The notes below the pieces were generated by a model. It had not been told where the DNA came from and did not search any database. It saw only the letters and a program-made list of their open reading frames with translations. The position numbers and the translations under genes are program-made. This document shows, in pieces, positions 36,703 through 36,968 of a stretch of 36,968 bases of DNA. Source of the stretch: Lentisphaeria bacterium. GTDB lineage: Bacteria; Verrucomicrobiota; Lentisphaeria; JABSQK01; JAWLHB01. Location: the NCBI GenBank assembly GCA_041690595.1, contig JAWLHB010000029.1, forward strand, positions 62,001 through 98,968, read 5' to 3'. How positions within the stretch are numbered: position 1 is the first letter of the stretch; the number at the start of each line of letters is the position of its first letter.

Positions 36703-36968
36703 AAGGGAACGGTCGCCGGCGAGGGACTTGGGGGACCGGCGACCGTTTTCGGGTTGGGACTCAGGAAGAAGGGAACGGTCGCCGGCGAGGGACTTGGGGG
36801 ACCGGCGACCGTTTTCGGGTTGGGGCTCAGGAAGAAGGGAACGGTCGCCGGCGAGGGACTTGGGGGACCGGCGACCGTTTCGGGTTGGGACTCAAGAAGA
36901 AGGGAACGGTCGCCGGCGAGGGACTTGGGGGACCGGCGACCGTTTTCGGGTTGGGACTCAGGAAGAAG
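36703..36968. repeat. Tandem array of 66-bp hairpin units, at least 4 copies, running off the window
   Basis: Units at 36703, 36769, 36835 and 36900: aagggaacggtcgccggcgagggacttgggggaccggcgaccgttttcgggttgggactcaggaag. Each has a perfect 12-bp stem aacggtcgccgg/ccggcgaccgtt. Confidence 0.95.

Noticed and set aside
36703..36968. CRISPR array or coding repeat interpretation of the 66-bp array
   Set aside because: There are no unique spacers and no cas genes. The + frames are open, but the 1-nt deletion in copy 3 breaks the 22-codon period.

Overview
GC-rich bacterial chromosomal window whose gene content points to the PVC superphylum, most like Lentisphaerota (prepilin-type protein with an H-X9-DG-like C-terminal motif, MoxR, DUF4175-like and prenyltransferase-repeat genes). 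This taxonomy is inference. From left to right it holds: a minus-strand MoxR, beta-helix protein and sulfatase-start run; a flippase-like gene; a tightly coupled six-gene operon of mostly exported proteins (3.4-15.3 kb); a decayed defence-type islet (IR-bounded 177-bp element, intact rhuM, frameshifted type III Res-like fragment fused to a second rhuM fragment) inside a GC-rich repeat tract; an HTH and methyltransferase-like pair; GT2; cysteine desulfurase; hpt, a sensorless kinase, a receiver/pseudokinase, cdaA, cdaR and gdh; a LacI and glycoside hydrolase pair; an integration-scar-like region with a truncated HAD gene and an IR-flanked promoter; NDH-2; an M42 peptidase; a prepilin-type gene; and, at the window end, an array of at least four 66-bp hairpin repeats rich in GGA that may be a modular non-coding RNA. 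No CRISPR array, rRNA, tRNA or intact transposase or integrase was recognised. All product calls come from motif recognition by eye, without database searches.
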